A DNA stretch of 32,000 nucleotides from Acutalibacteraceae bacterium (GCA_045538515.1 JAZSRO010000036.1:1-32000), one strand, 5' to 3'. Shown: positions 23,696 through 32,000, numbered from the stretch's first letter. Notes: generated from the letters alone by a model not told the origin. Numbers and translations: made by a program.

Positions 23696-24922
23696 TTATC
23701 TCTCCGTATAGAATGTGGCGGCGCGTCCCGCAGTAAAACCGCTACTCCACGCCCATTGCAGATTAAATCCGCCGCAGTCGCCGTCAATATCCAAAATTTC
23801 GCCTGCCGCGAATAAACCCTTGTGTTTTTTGCACATCAGGGTATCGCCATAAAATTCATCAGAGAGCAAACCACCCTTTGTGACCTGCGAATTTATAAAA
23901 CCGCCGTTTCCGCGACATTCAAAATAAAAGTTTTTAAGTGTGCGGCAGACATTTTTAAGTTCCTTGTCGCTAATCGTGTAAACATTTTTATTGAGTGGAA
24001 TATTAGTCCTTTTGAGCACAACTTGTCCAAGACGCTTGTTTATAAAACCCGATAAAAATTCGTCACACGCCCTGTTTTTAAGACTCTCTCTGCGTAGTGT
24101 TAGAGCGTTAAAGAGCGCGTTTTCATCAAATTTCGGCATAAGGTCAAGCGTTATAGTATCTCCAATCAAACAGTCCCCTGAAACCTGCAATATCGGAGGA
24201 CCCGAAAGACCGTAATCACAGAATAAAACCTCGCCAAAATCGCGGCGCTTAATTATGCCGTTTTTGCCTTTTACAGTGACATCCGCATTAACCTTAATAC
24301 CTTTGAGTTGGCGCACAAACTCGGTGTCGGTTTTAATTTGAACAATAGCGGGGGAGGGGGTAACAGTTTTAATCCCCAAATCTTTTAATATGCCGAAAAC
24401 AGAGCCGTCAGAGCCAAACTTTTCACCGCCCGAAAGCATACCTGCAGAACAAATGAGAGCCTTAGCACTAACGCGGCATTTGTCGGTTATAATAAGGTAT
24501 CCGTCACCTTGTTTTTTAATATCGCAAACCGTCTGTTCGCACTCGGTTATAACGCCCAATTCTTCGCAACGAAAACGCAAAGCATCGGTAACACTTGCGG
24601 CCTGAAAAGAAGCGGGATATCCCTTGTCGCCTTCATATACAATGGGGGTGCCAAGATTTTCAAAAAACTTTTCAGTATCGGCAAGTGAAAACTGTTCGAA
24701 AACCGATAAAATAAAGTTAGGATTTTTGCCGTGATAGTGTGAAACATCGGCGCGTTTGTTGGTGATATTGCATCGTCCGTTACCCGTAACCGAAATCTTT
24801 TTGCCCACGCGGGAAAGTTTTTCAAGAACAATAACACGACAGCGGGGAGAGGCCATTTTTGCAGAAATAGCCGCCATTAAACCTGCGGCGCCGCCGCCAA
24901 TTATGCAAATGTCCGAGTTCAT
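23696..24922 (-). CDS. BaiN/HI0933-family NAD(P)/FAD-dependent oxidoreductase (aminoacetone-oxidase-family flavoprotein)
   Basis: The 408-aa product has ICIIGGGAAGLMAAI, the GNGRCNITN motif typical of the HI0933 family, and the C-terminal LFAAGEILDIDGDCGGFNLQWAWSSG. Confidence 0.8.
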   Translation of the reverse strand: MNSDICIIGGGAAGLMAAISAKMASPRCRVIVLEKLSRVGKKISVTGNGRCNITNKRADVSHYHGKNPNFILSVFEQFSLADTEKFFENLGTPIVYEGDKGYPASFQAASVTDALRFRCEELGVITECEQTVCDIKKQGDGYLIITDKCRVSAKALICSAGMLSGGEKFGSDGSVFGILKDLGIKTVTPSPAIVQIKTDTEFVRQLKGIKVNADVTVKGKNGIIKRRDFGEVLFCDYGLSGPPILQVSGDCLIGDTITLDLMPKFDENALFNALTLRRESLKNRACDEFLSGFINKRLGQVVLKRTNIPLNKNVYTISDKELKNVCRTLKNFYFECRGNGGFINSQVTKGGLLSDEFYGDTLMCKKHKGLFAAGEILDIDGDCGGFNLQWAWSSGFTAGRAATFYTER

Positions 24923-24991
24923 AAAATCACCGCCAAAAATAGTTATAAAATAATGATGCCATAAAAACTAAAAAATGTCAACAAAACCTAC

Positions 24992-25020
24992 TTTACAAAA
25001 CAGGGCAGAGGTGGTATCAT
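24992..25020 (+). promoter_or_regulatory. SigA promoter for dinB
   Basis: TTTACA (24992-24997), a 17-nt spacer, then TATCAT (25015-25020) with TGg extended -10. Confidence 0.55.
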
Positions 25021-25027
25021 ATTAAAA

Positions 25028-25041
25028 AGAACATTTGTTTG
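25028..25041 (+). promoter_or_regulatory. LexA (SOS / Cheo-type) operator candidate
   Basis: AGAACATTTGTTTG fits the Firmicute GAAC-N4-GTTC box with one core mismatch. It sits 8 nt downstream of the -10, over the expected transcription start of the Y-family polymerase gene. Confidence 0.55.
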
Positions 25042-25055
25042 AGAGGCGGTGCCTT

Positions 25056-26240
25056 GTGGATAGGACAATACTTCATTGTGACCTTAATAATTTTTTTGCA
25101 TCGGTTGCCGTTTTGGATAACCCAACCATAAAAAACTGTCCTATTGCGGTTTGCGGCAGTAAAGAGGAGCGTCATGGAATAGTCCTTGCCAAAAACGAAC
25201 TTGCCAAAAAGTACGGCGTTAAAACGGCAGAGGCAATTTGGGAAGCCAAGCGCAAATGCCCCGACCTTGTCACCGTTGCGCCCTCATACAAACGGTATCG
25301 TGAGGTGTCGGATGCCGTAAAACAAATCTATCTGCGCTATAGCGATAAGGTCGAACCGTTTGGAATAGACGAATGTTGGCTGGATGTTACGGGAAGTCAT
25401 CTTCTTTTTGGAAACGGAGAGGAGATTGCCGAAAGACTGCGCCGCGAAATCAAAAAAGAAATAGGTGTTACAATCTCGGTCGGTGTTAGTTTCAATAAGG
25501 TGTTTGCGAAACTCGGTAGTGACCTTAGAAAACCCGATGCCGTCACGGTTATAAGCCGCGAAAACTTTAGGGAAATTGTGTGGCCGCTTCCTGCTGATAC
25601 AATGCTTGGGGTTGGTAAAGCCACCCTGTCGCAGTTGTCTTCACTCGGTGTTTTCACAATTGGCGACATCGCCGCGGCGGGAAGAGAAGTTTTGACAAAA
25701 CGGCTTGGGAAAATGGGCGGAGAACTTTATGTTTTTGCAAGTGGAAATGATAGTTCGCCTGTAGTGGCAGAAGCCTCTGTACCCAAGAGTGTAGGCAGAA
25801 CGACAACCACCAAACACGATATAAAATCGGCAGATGAGGCTTGGCCCATAATTCTTGCCCTGTCGGAAGAAATATCCGAAACATTAAGAAAACACGGGCT
25901 TTACTGTAATACCGTTCAAGCGCATATCCGCACATTTGACCTGAATGTAAAAGAATTTCAAGCACCCACAATTATGCCCACGCAAAGCAGCGTTTTAATG
26001 GCAAAAAAGTGTATGGAAATTATAAAAGAAAACTTTGGTTTTATCACGCCGTTGCGTTCTGTGGGTCTACGCGCCATAAATTTAACAGATGGCAAAAGCC
26101 CGTATCAAACCGATATTTTTAACGATTTTTCAAAGTCGGAAGAAGCGGACAAGGTTGAGGACAAAATTTTCGAAATTCGAAAAAAATATGGCAGTGACAG
26201 CGTAATACGCGGCACTACCATAAAATTAATCGATGATTAA
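25056..26240 (+). CDS. dinB: DNA polymerase IV (Y-family translesion polymerase)
   Basis: The product has ILHCDLNNFFASV, SIDECWLDV-like GIDECWLDVTG, SVGVSFNKVFAKLGSD..KP and LPADTMLGVGK. I prefer the GTG start at 25056, with GAGAGG 9 nt upstream. The TTG at 25035 lies inside the putative LexA box. Confidence 0.88.
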   Translation: MDRTILHCDLNNFFASVAVLDNPTIKNCPIAVCGSKEERHGIVLAKNELAKKYGVKTAEAIWEAKRKCPDLVTVAPSYKRYREVSDAVKQIYLRYSDKVEPFGIDECWLDVTGSHLLFGNGEEIAERLRREIKKEIGVTISVGVSFNKVFAKLGSDLRKPDAVTVISRENFREIVWPLPADTMLGVGKATLSQLSSLGVFTIGDIAAAGREVLTKRLGKMGGELYVFASGNDSSPVVAEASVPKSVGRTTTTKHDIKSADEAWPIILALSEEISETLRKHGLYCNTVQAHIRTFDLNVKEFQAPTIMPTQSSVLMAKKCMEIIKENFGFITPLRSVGLRAINLTDGKSPYQTDIFNDFSKSEEADKVEDKIFEIRKKYGSDSVIRGTTIKLIDD

Positions 26241-26530
26241 ATTTCAAAATCAAGACAAAGTCTTGTTTCTGTAAACGGACGCACAAATGTGTCGGCAACA
26301 TATACATGTGCGGGGTGGGTGGCATAATTTTTAAGCGCTGCTTCGCTTTCAAAAACGGAGTATAGCATAACATCTGCGTTTGAAGACGGCAAAGATTCGC
26401 ACTGTACGCTGATTTCTAAAAGCCCCGGTATTTTACCGATTAGTGTTTCAAGTTCGTTTTTAATGCCGCTTTTAACCGCTTCGGTGTTGTGTTCGTTTTT
26501 AAGTTTCCATAAAATAATGTGTTTAACCAT
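26237..26530 (-). CDS. Dabb-family (stress-responsive alpha/beta barrel) protein
   Basis: The 97-aa product has MVKHIILWKLK.., ..ALKNYATHPAHV.., typical of the Dabb domain. The start at 26530 is preceded by AAGAGGTG. Its stop overlaps the dinB stop (shared TTAA). Confidence 0.75.
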   Translation of the reverse strand: MVKHIILWKLKNEHNTEAVKSGIKNELETLIGKIPGLLEISVQCESLPSSNADVMLYSVFESEAALKNYATHPAHVYVADTFVRPFTETRLCLDFEI

Positions 26531-26622
26531 ATCGGCACCTCTTAAATTTTTATAAAATAATGATATCATATTGACAACGGCTGTGCAAGATGAAATAATA
26601 CTACTACAAAGCAAAGAGGAAG

Positions 26623-27174
26623 ATGACTATGAATAAATCTATTTATGAGCAAACAAAAGCCGCATTTTTGGAACTCTCTGAAAAGGCGGGGCTTAAAGCG
26701 GGAAATATTGTAGTAATCGGATGTTCCACAAGCGAGGTTGTGGGCGATAAAATAGGTACTAACTCAAGCCCCGAGACCGCCAAAGAGATTTTTACAGCGT
26801 TATATGATTGTGCAAAGAGTATGGGTGTGCATCTTGCTATACAGTGTTGTGAGCATCTCAACCGCGCAATAGTAATCGAGAACGTGGCGGTGCCAAACGC
26901 CGAAACGGTCAATGTCGTACCGCAGAAAAAAGCGGGTGGTTCCTTGGCAACCCAGGCATACAACTCTTTTGATAATCCAGTGGTTTTAGAGGAAATAAAA
27001 GCAGACGCAGGTCTTGATATCGGCTTTACGCTAATCGGAATGCATCTTAAAAAGGTCGCGGTACCACTTCGTCTTGAAAATAATCAAATCGGTTTTGCAA
27101 CCGTCTTAGCGGCGCGAACACGCAGGAAATTCATAGGCGGCGCAAGAGCAATTTATGATGAAACATTATTATAA
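26623..27174 (+). CDS. UPF0340 / TIGR01440-family protein (YwlG-like)
   Basis: The product has VVIGCSTSEVVGDKIGT.SS and HLAIQCCEHLNRAIVIE, characteristic of YwlG-type proteins. The second ATG at 26629 has better SD spacing (GAGGA 8 nt upstream) and may be the true start. Confidence 0.8.
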   Translation: MTMNKSIYEQTKAAFLELSEKAGLKAGNIVVIGCSTSEVVGDKIGTNSSPETAKEIFTALYDCAKSMGVHLAIQCCEHLNRAIVIENVAVPNAETVNVVPQKKAGGSLATQAYNSFDNPVVLEEIKADAGLDIGFTLIGMHLKKVAVPLRLENNQIGFATVLAARTRRKFIGGARAIYDETLL

Positions 27175-27206
27175 CAAAAAAGCAGTGCATCGCACTGCTT
27201 TTTTTA
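27175..27206. terminator. Bidirectional intrinsic terminator between the UPF0340 gene and the GH2 gene
   Basis: An A-run precedes the stem AGCAGTGC (27181-27188), which pairs with GCACTGCT (27192-27199), followed by a T-run. Confidence 0.75.
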
Positions 27207-27208
27207 TT

Positions 27209-30028
27209 TTAGATGCTGATAGAGAATTTGAAAGCAATTTCCTTTTCGTTTAACTGATATTTTTCAGCCAAAGCGGGACCACAAGCGGCAGAACCAACGC
27301 CCGAAACCTTATAGTCAACCCTCAAATGTGTTTTGCCATCAGTTTTTAGTTCGTCAGTATGTTTCGCTTTGTAAAGTGCATTTGTACTGTATTTTGATAC
27401 ATTAAATTCAAAATCATTTTCTGATGTAAAGCACATTTTTCCGATTTTGAGCATCTTGGCACCAAAGTGGTTGCCGTGTTCCTGCGGATTAACATATTTT
27501 ACATATTCACTGTCAACATCACTCTTATAAAGTCCCATGAATGAGCCGTGATGCATATCACAATAACTCTCGGTGGGGCCGTATGCAAAATACTCGAAAT
27601 TCTTTGTGGTGTCGGGCAAGAAGAATTCAAAGCCAAATCTTGGCAGGAAGAAAGTGTCTTCACGAACATTACCGCTAAGATTAAAAGTTATCGTGCCGTT
27701 CTTTTGGATTTCAACATTCATCGTGTAGCGCATGTACGGCAATCTTGATACACCCGCCAAAGAACCGCAAACCGCAATCTTGCCGTCCTTTATTTCACAA
27801 GAATAAACCTTTGAGAAAGTGCAGTTAAGGTTTTCACCAGTCCAGATGTTGACGTTTGCCCAACGAGAAAGTATGTTTCGGTCATTATCGGTCGGTGCTC
27901 TGAAAGAAGAAAGAATGCATTTTTCAGCCAACTGTTCTTCGCCATCAATGACAATGCTTGTAAAGTTACCACTGTGCTTTGAGAATGTGTAAGAAAATCT
28001 ATCGCCATCGGCATAAATATTGAATTTATCCTCACGAAGTACTGCCATTTCAACATCTATAGTCTTTTTGATGTTGCAGGGAAGAGCGTGTTGTGTCTGC
28101 GCGTAGCAATAGCCGTATTTATGGAGGAAAACATTGAGATATACACCATATTCACATTCTGTTTCGGTGTAATCAACGGGTATTTCACAACTTTCATGTG
28201 GCTCAACATCAAGAGCAATCGCTCTCTCGACAATAACCTCATTGTCTTTTACAATGTTATAGGAGAGTTCGCATTCATTGAGATTTGTGAAATCAAAGCG
28301 GTTAGTTACGGTTAATTTGCCGTTTTCAAAAGTAGTGTACATCGGTTGGAATGCCGCTTTTGCCTCAAGCGTACCCGCCTTAAACGAACGGTCGGCAAAA
28401 ACAAGTCCGTCACAGCAGAAATTGCCGTCATGGGTAAGTTCGCCCTCAAAATCTCCGCCGTATTTTTCAACACCATTAACAGTAACAACATGGTCTGCCC
28501 ATTCCCAGATACAACCGCCGATGAGTTTGGGATATTTGTTTATTATTTCCGAATAATCATAAATATCTCCGGGACCGTTACCCATAGCATGTGCATATTC
28601 GCAAAAGAAAACAGGCATATCATAAGTTTCACTTGTTGCAAGTTCTTCTACAAGAGGGAAATAGGGGTACATTTTAGAGAAAACATCAGCGTTGTGCATA
28701 GTGTTTTCGCGTGATGCCTCGCAACAATGTATAAATCTTGTGTTATCGCGGCTTTTTGTCCAGCCAATCATATCAAGATGATTAGGACCGTGACCGCTTT
28801 CGTTACCGGTTGACCACATAATAACACTTGTGTTGTTTTTGAAGGTTTCGACCATTCTCTGCATACGCTCAACAAGTTCGTCTTTCCAGGTCGGGTCGGT
28901 AACGGGCCAGATGGCATCTTCAGCATCGTAGCGATAAGGTACATTAGGAAGTCTTCTTAACATTCCGTGGGTTTCAAAGTCACATTCGCAAACTACATAT
29001 AAACCAAGTTCATCGCACATTTGTATAAACTTTGGTGTCGGGGGATAGTGCGAAGTTCTGACACAGTTTATGTTAAGGCTCTTCATAAGCGTTAAATCTT
29101 TGCGAAGTTCCTCGTCTGTCTGGCACCAACCGCGATATTTACTTGTATCGTGGCGGTTTACGCCCTTGATTTTTACAGAAACGCCATTTATAAGTAGTTC
29201 GTATTTGTCAGAAAAAGCAATGTCCCTAAGACCTACTTTGAACTCTAAAAATTCGCCATCACGATCAACAATAACGGTGTATAAAAACGGTTTTTCTGCA
29301 TTCCATAAAACAGGATTTTTTGGAGTATATGTATATTCATTTTCAAAAGAATCATTGCAAAGCAGATTCTCTTTTGCAAAAATCTTAACATTTGCCTTAC
29401 CATCAAGTTTAATGTTTATTGACTTGCTACCGGGAATAATTGTAACATCTTCAATGTGGCCTTGTGGTCTTTGGAGAATGTAAACATCTCTGAATATACC
29501 GTTATGTCTAAAGGCGTCTTGGTCTTCGAGATAACTGCCGCAGCACCATTTAAGCACCTTAACGGTTACGGTGTTTTTACCTGCAACGGCAAAATCGGTA
29601 ATATCAAACTCTGCTTGCAGACGGGACCCTTGTGTAAATCCAACATAGTTTCCGTTAATATACAAAAAAGCGCAAGAAGAAACGCCCTCAAAAACAAAGT
29701 ATATTTTACCCCATTTTTCTTTTATATCGAATTCACGCATATAAACACCGCAAGGGTTGTCATCGGGAACATAGGGCGGGTCGCAAGGGTAGGGGTAGTT
29801 TATGTTGGTATAGTTGGGGTTGTCATATCCGTGTAATTGCCAACAAGACGGAACGGGAATTTTGTCCCAGTTTTCAATTTTTTCGGGAACGTCAATATCC
29901 CTGTCAAAGTAAGCAAAATTCCATTCACCGTTTAGCAGTTTGTATTCCGAAACACCAGTAGGAATATAGTAACTTCTTGGTGATTTTCGGTTTTCGCTTG
30001 TTTTTAATTGGTTTTCATATATGCGCAT
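27209..30028 (-). CDS. lacZ: GH2-family beta-galactosidase (LacZ-type)
   Basis: The 939-aa product has LNGEWNF, VRTSHYPP, the acid/base motif WSTGNESGHG, the nucleophile motif FCEYAHAMGNGPG and a C-terminal Bgal_small_N-like domain. SD is AGGAGG. Confidence 0.85.
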   Translation of the reverse strand: MRIYENQLKTSENRKSPRSYYIPTGVSEYKLLNGEWNFAYFDRDIDVPEKIENWDKIPVPSCWQLHGYDNPNYTNINYPYPCDPPYVPDDNPCGVYMREFDIKEKWGKIYFVFEGVSSCAFLYINGNYVGFTQGSRLQAEFDITDFAVAGKNTVTVKVLKWCCGSYLEDQDAFRHNGIFRDVYILQRPQGHIEDVTIIPGSKSINIKLDGKANVKIFAKENLLCNDSFENEYTYTPKNPVLWNAEKPFLYTVIVDRDGEFLEFKVGLRDIAFSDKYELLINGVSVKIKGVNRHDTSKYRGWCQTDEELRKDLTLMKSLNINCVRTSHYPPTPKFIQMCDELGLYVVCECDFETHGMLRRLPNVPYRYDAEDAIWPVTDPTWKDELVERMQRMVETFKNNTSVIMWSTGNESGHGPNHLDMIGWTKSRDNTRFIHCCEASRENTMHNADVFSKMYPYFPLVEELATSETYDMPVFFCEYAHAMGNGPGDIYDYSEIINKYPKLIGGCIWEWADHVVTVNGVEKYGGDFEGELTHDGNFCCDGLVFADRSFKAGTLEAKAAFQPMYTTFENGKLTVTNRFDFTNLNECELSYNIVKDNEVIVERAIALDVEPHESCEIPVDYTETECEYGVYLNVFLHKYGYCYAQTQHALPCNIKKTIDVEMAVLREDKFNIYADGDRFSYTFSKHSGNFTSIVIDGEEQLAEKCILSSFRAPTDNDRNILSRWANVNIWTGENLNCTFSKVYSCEIKDGKIAVCGSLAGVSRLPYMRYTMNVEIQKNGTITFNLSGNVREDTFFLPRFGFEFFLPDTTKNFEYFAYGPTESYCDMHHGSFMGLYKSDVDSEYVKYVNPQEHGNHFGAKMLKIGKMCFTSENDFEFNVSKYSTNALYKAKHTDELKTDGKTHLRVDYKVSGVGSAACGPALAEKYQLNEKEIAFKFSISI

Positions 30029-30068
30029 GTATTACCTCCTGTAACTCACTGAACATAAGATTTACATA

Positions 30069-30097
30069 ATAATAGCACAATGCTTGTTGCTTTTCAA
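30069..30097 (-). promoter_or_regulatory. SigA promoter candidate for the GH2 gene
   Basis: The minus strand reads TTGAAA (30097-30092), a 17-nt spacer, then TATTAT (30074-30069), about 40 nt upstream of the ATG. Confidence 0.45.
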
Positions 30098-30126
30098 CAG
30101 TATTTTCAATAGTGAAAAAGCAACAA
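30084..30126. promoter_or_regulatory. Inverted repeat (candidate operator) overlapping the -35 region of the GH2 promoter
   Basis: TTGTTGCTTTTC (30084-30095) and GAAAAAGCAACAA (30114-30126) are reverse complements apart from one extra A, with 18 nt between the arms. No U-tract follows on either strand. Confidence 0.4.
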
Positions 30127-30292
30127 ATTCACAAAAACAAACAACGACAGTGCCTTTACAATTGTTAAATAAACAATTAAGATTTTGTTTAACAGGGGAA
30201 ATATTCATCGAAATAAGTGAAAAATAAAGCAAGATATAGTTCCTAAAAAGATAAAAAAGCAGAAAAATGAGAGTGTTTAACTATAAAATGAG

Positions 30293-30321
30293 AAGACAAT
30301 TTTGGTGTGTAGTGTTATAAT
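30293..30321 (+). promoter_or_regulatory. Promoter candidate for the secreted GH5-like gene
   Basis: TGtTATAAT is an extended -10 (TATAAT at 30316-30321), with a weak -35 AAGACA 17 nt upstream. It lies 50 nt before the GTG start. Confidence 0.4.
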
Positions 30322-30371
30322 ATATTTGTGATATTCTATCAAAAACTTTTTTTGAAGGAGGAAGGATATTT

Positions 30372-32000
30372 GTGAAAAACATCCAACGAATTGTGAGTGT
30401 GGTTTTGAGCCTACTCACGGTAATGACTCTTTTGGTTGTTCCTGCTACGTCTGTAAGCGCAGCGGAAACGGGCAAAAAAGAGTGGAAAACCTTTGAAGAA
30501 CTTGTAGAGGAAAAAGGATACCTTAACGGAATTCAACAACCTTGGTTCGTCTACAACTCGTCAGGTAACGACATTGGTAAGAGCATTATGCTAAACTATG
30601 GTTCTACCAACTATTCTGACGAAATGTTTTACGAGGTTTTCACAAACTCAAAGGCAATGGGCTTTGATATTATCCAGTTTTGGATGACATATCAGTTCGG
30701 CGGCATATTGTTTGACAGTGAGTTTCAGGTTGTAGGTATGGAGCCTACGTATAAAAAGAACCTTGACCGCGTGTTCCAGATTGCGGAAGAGTGCGGAATA
30801 TACATAAGCCTTGCTGTCATTAACCATACCGAATCTTCGTATTACGTTAACGGCAAGTACAGATACGAAGAAATCTGCCGTTTCATGCATAACGAAAAGC
30901 AGACACAACTTTTTGTTGATAACTGGCTTATCCCTATGCTTGAAATCACCCAAAAGCACGAAAACATAATAATGGCAAACGTATTTGTTGAGCCTGAGGC
31001 AAACGGCGGACGTTGGGACATTACTACGGGTGCAAGTTGGAAAAATCTTTCAAGATTTATGAAAACCGTAAACGATACCATACATAAGGTTAATCCCCGT
31101 ATAAAAACCTATCCGGGTGCAACGGGTGATGCTCAGGTAACCTTCAAATATTATGAAGATATAGATTTTGATTGCTACGGATATGACCAATATTGGAAAA
31201 CTGCAGGAGCCGAACCGCAAGACACAAGGGAACTTTTGCTTAATAAACCTTTTGTATACGGCGAATATGGTGTTAGTGATGAAGTTAATTCTTTAACACA
31301 TTCGGACGAATTTATGACTTCGTTCTTCGGCAGTTATTTTGATAGTGTTGTTCAAAACGGTGTTAAGGCGGGATTTTATTGGTATTACGGATATCCAGGT
31401 AATGCGCAGAGTGTGATAGACGAGAAAAACCGTCTGCGCCCGTTCGCATGGGCAATTCGCGCTTGGTCGCTTGATGCAGGATATGCCAAAACAGGATATG
31501 AGGGAATAGATGCCCCCACGTTTATGTACTCAACGAGTGAGGCAATAAGGTGGTTTGGCTCGCGCGGCGCAAGCAACATCACTTTACAACGCAGCGATAA
31601 TGGCAAAACAGGTTGGAAGACGGTTATATCCTTTAACCCCGACGACCCCGCGGCAGTTGCAAAGTATGAGTATGGCGCTATGATGTACGAATGGACCGAC
31701 CCCAATGTTAAAGAGGGTGAAACCTATTATTACCGCGCGATTGCTGCAGACGAAGAAGGCAAAACAGCGCCATCGGAAGTAATTTCTATCACAGCCGACA
31801 TTGTAACCTGTAGCGAGGAAGATAACTTAATAAAGAACGGCGGTTTTGAAAACGGACCGATTAAGTTAAATGATAAAGGTAGAATTACCGAAGGTGTTGA
31901 TGGTTGGATAATATGCAACCAGCCTGTAAGCAAGTATGATATGACTCACTATCAGAACGGTGAGGCAGCACATTCCGGTAAAGGCTCTGTATATCAGATT
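30372..32000 (+). CDS. Secreted multidomain clan GH-A (GH5-like, possibly beta-mannanase) glycoside hydrolase, 5' partial because it continues past the window end
   Basis: The frame is open from the GTG at 30372 to 32000 (543 codons, translated by hand). It is absent from the ORF track only because there is no stop in the window. SD is GGAGGAAGG. The signal peptide is VKNIQRIVSVVLSLLTVMTLLVVPATSVSA/AE. The (beta/alpha)8-like core has INHTE, FVEPE and GEYG. It is followed by an Fn3/Ig-like segment and NLIKNGGFENG, typical of a CBM4/9/22-type module. Confidence 0.7.
   Translation, partial: MKNIQRIVSVVLSLLTVMTLLVVPATSVSAAETGKKEWKTFEELVEEKGYLNGIQQPWFVYNSSGNDIGKSIMLNYGSTNYSDEMFYEVFTNSKAMGFDIIQFWMTYQFGGILFDSEFQVVGMEPTYKKNLDRVFQIAEECGIYISLAVINHTESSYYVNGKYRYEEICRFMHNEKQTQLFVDNWLIPMLEITQKHENIIMANVFVEPEANGGRWDITTGASWKNLSRFMKTVNDTIHKVNPRIKTYPGATGDAQVTFKYYEDIDFDCYGYDQYWKTAGAEPQDTRELLLNKPFVYGEYGVSDEVNSLTHSDEFMTSFFGSYFDSVVQNGVKAGFYWYYGYPGNAQSVIDEKNRLRPFAWAIRAWSLDAGYAKTGYEGIDAPTFMYSTSEAIRWFGSRGASNITLQRSDNGKTGWKTVISFNPDDPAAVAKYEYGAMMYEWTDPNVKEGETYYYRAIAADEEGKTAPSEVISITADIVTCSEEDNLIKNGGFENGPIKLNDKGRITEGVDGWIICNQPVSKYDMTHYQNGEAAHSGKGSVYQI

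Noticed and set aside
24923-24990. A possible promoter for the BaiN-like gene, with TTGACA on the minus strand at 24982-24977.
   Set aside because: The hexamer 17 nt downstream is CATCAT, a poor -10, and no extended -10 is present. That is too weak to list as a feature.
30267-30320. A 17-codon upstream ORF (MRVFNYKMRRQFWCVVL) ahead of the GH5-like gene.
   Set aside because: It has no SD, and its stop overlaps the predicted -10. It would therefore lie upstream of the transcription start if the promoter call is right.
30648-31933. Four minus-strand ORFs: 30648-30959, 30842-31081, 31385-31705 and 31730-31933.
   Set aside because: They lie antisense to a 543-codon open plus-strand frame that has a signal peptide, an SD and glycoside-hydrolase-like motifs. 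The plus-strand gene is missing from the track only because it has no stop inside the window.
1-32000. I looked for CRISPR arrays, tRNA or rRNA genes, IS elements or integrases, toxin-antitoxin pairs and known defence genes.
   Set aside because: There are no regularly spaced direct repeats, no cloverleaf-like segments in the intergenic gaps, and no transposase, integrase, nuclease or ATPase defence-type ORFs. Every ORF longer than 90 aa that I accept has a housekeeping or metabolic assignment, apart from 21585-22139 and 15634-18246.

Overview
This window looks like a densely packed core-genome segment of a moderate-GC, spore-forming Firmicute. Class Clostridia, Oscillospiraceae/Ruminococcaceae-like, is my inference from gene content, an intact pro-sigma-K gene and TGn-extended -10 promoters. 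I can support about 31 protein genes. They include the rpmG-secE-nusG-rplK-rplA-rplJ-rplL cluster with an L10 leader, plus sigK, murA, rlmH, rlmB, metG-tatD, eno and gap, dinB with a LexA-type box, and ygiQ-luxS. There are two adjacent uncharacterised flavoproteins and three carbohydrate-active genes: a GH130 phosphorylase, a LacZ-type GH2 and a secreted GH5-like enzyme that runs off the 3' edge. Two genes are missing from the ORF track. One is rpmG (49 aa). The other is a 38-aa Gln/Asn-rich micro-ORF with its own ribosome-binding site and terminator. I see no rRNA, tRNA, CRISPR array, transposase, integrase or recognisable defence module. I could not identify a convincing multi-gene novel system, so the region reads as mostly ordinary housekeeping. 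The most unusual items are: (1) an 870-aa membrane protein with the layout of a P1B-type ATPase, degraded catalytic motifs and a ~260-aa acidic low-complexity N-terminus, sitting inside the rlmB-metG-tatD operon; (2) a SecE fused to a 4-TM N-terminal extension; (3) the Q/N-rich micro-protein, whose ribosome-binding site lies in a hairpin arm; (4) an orphan AT-rich 184-aa gene; (5) a terminator and a promoter that share the same DNA upstream of rpmG. All functional calls come from reading the translations by eye. No searches were run.
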